A DNA stretch of 34,143 bases from an uncultured Actinomycetes bacterium (GTDB taxonomy: Bacteria; Actinomycetota; Thermoleophilia; UBA2241), in the NCBI GenBank assembly GCA_963755025.1, contig CAVWIH010000002.1:1-34143 (forward strand), given 5' to 3'. The position numbers were made by a program, and so were the translations under genes. The notes beneath the pieces are model-generated. The model was not told where the DNA came from. It did no database searches and saw nothing but the letters and a program-made list of their open reading frames with translations. Shown piece after piece: positions 33,448 through 34,143 of the stretch. Position 1 is the stretch's first letter, and each line of letters starts with the position of its first letter.

Positions 33448-34143
33448 GCCGTTTCTCCATCACCACCCCCATCTACTACGTGAACGCCGACCCTCACCTG
33501 GGGCACGCCTACACGACGATCGCCGCCGACATCCTGGCGCGGCACCACCGCCAGCTCGGCGACGACGTCTTCTTTTTGACCGGCACCGACGAGCACGGCA
33601 ACAAGGTGGCCCAGGCGGCCGAGCTCGCCGGCCTCACGCCGCGCGCCCACGTCGACACCCTGGCCCCCAAGTTCCGCGAGATGACGCGCCAGGTGAACGC
33701 CTCGAACGACTTCTTCATACGCACCACCGACCCCGAGCACGAAGCCTACGTGCAGCGCTTCGTCGAAAGGCTGCAGGCCTCGGGCGACATCGAGAAGCGC
33801 ACCTACGGCGGCCAGTACTGTACCGCCTGCGAGGCCTTCTACTACGAGCGCGACCTGGTCGACGGCAAGTGCCCGGTGCACGGCACCGAGCTCGTCTGGC
33901 TCGAAGAAGAGAACTACTACTTTCTGCTGAGCCGCTACCAGGAGCGGCTGCGCGACCACTACCTCGAACACCCCGACTGGGTGCGGCCGCGCTCGCGCTA
34001 CAACGAGGCGCTGTCGTTCATCGAGGGCGGTCTCGACGACATCTCCATCAGCCGCAAGTCGATCACCTGGGGCATTCCCGTGCCCTGGGACCCCGAGCAG
34101 GTCATTTACGTCTGGGTCGACGCGCTCATCAACTACGTCTCGG
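33444..34143 (+). CDS. metG: Methionyl-tRNA synthetase, 3'-truncated by window edge; not in the ORF track
   Basis: Read manually: [74 protein letters not shown]; GTGA overlap with the upstream stop. Confidence 0.98.
   Translation, partial: [233 protein letters not shown]

Overview
High-GC bacterial chromosome segment, most consistent with a deep-branching Actinomycetota (inference from RNAP beta' lacking the SI3 insertion, gene content, GC and frequent GTG/TTG starts; a clostridial-type ferredoxin hints at an anaerobic or microaerophilic lifestyle). Positions 1-22.7 kb hold the 3' part of rpoC followed by a complete, contiguous str-S10-spc-alpha ribosomal protein supercluster (rpsL to rplQ, with fusA, tuf, secY, adk, map, infA, rpoA). 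Downstream lie an ECF transporter module (probably fused EcfA-EcfA' plus EcfT), truA, a small membrane protein, an LCP protein, a ROK glucokinase, a 2[4Fe-4S] ferredoxin, rsmI, a stand-alone homocysteine S-methyltransferase domain, an agmatinase-family enzyme, a flavin reductase-family protein and the 5' part of metG. Most notable: (1) a ~58-60 bp double-hairpin repeat family at two loci between convergent genes, in both cases supplying the upstream gene's TAG stop and carrying GNA-triloop hairpins (REP-like); (2) long histone-H1-like Ala/Lys/Pro N-terminal extensions on uL4 and uS17; (3) a ~70 aa tandem module duplication in RNAP beta'; (4) a CxCx4Cx2C insert in EF-Tu; (5) a highly structured 450 bp non-coding region before rsmI. 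Several frameshifts after 22.9 kb look like sequencing or assembly indels. No tRNA, rRNA, CRISPR array or transposase was recognised.
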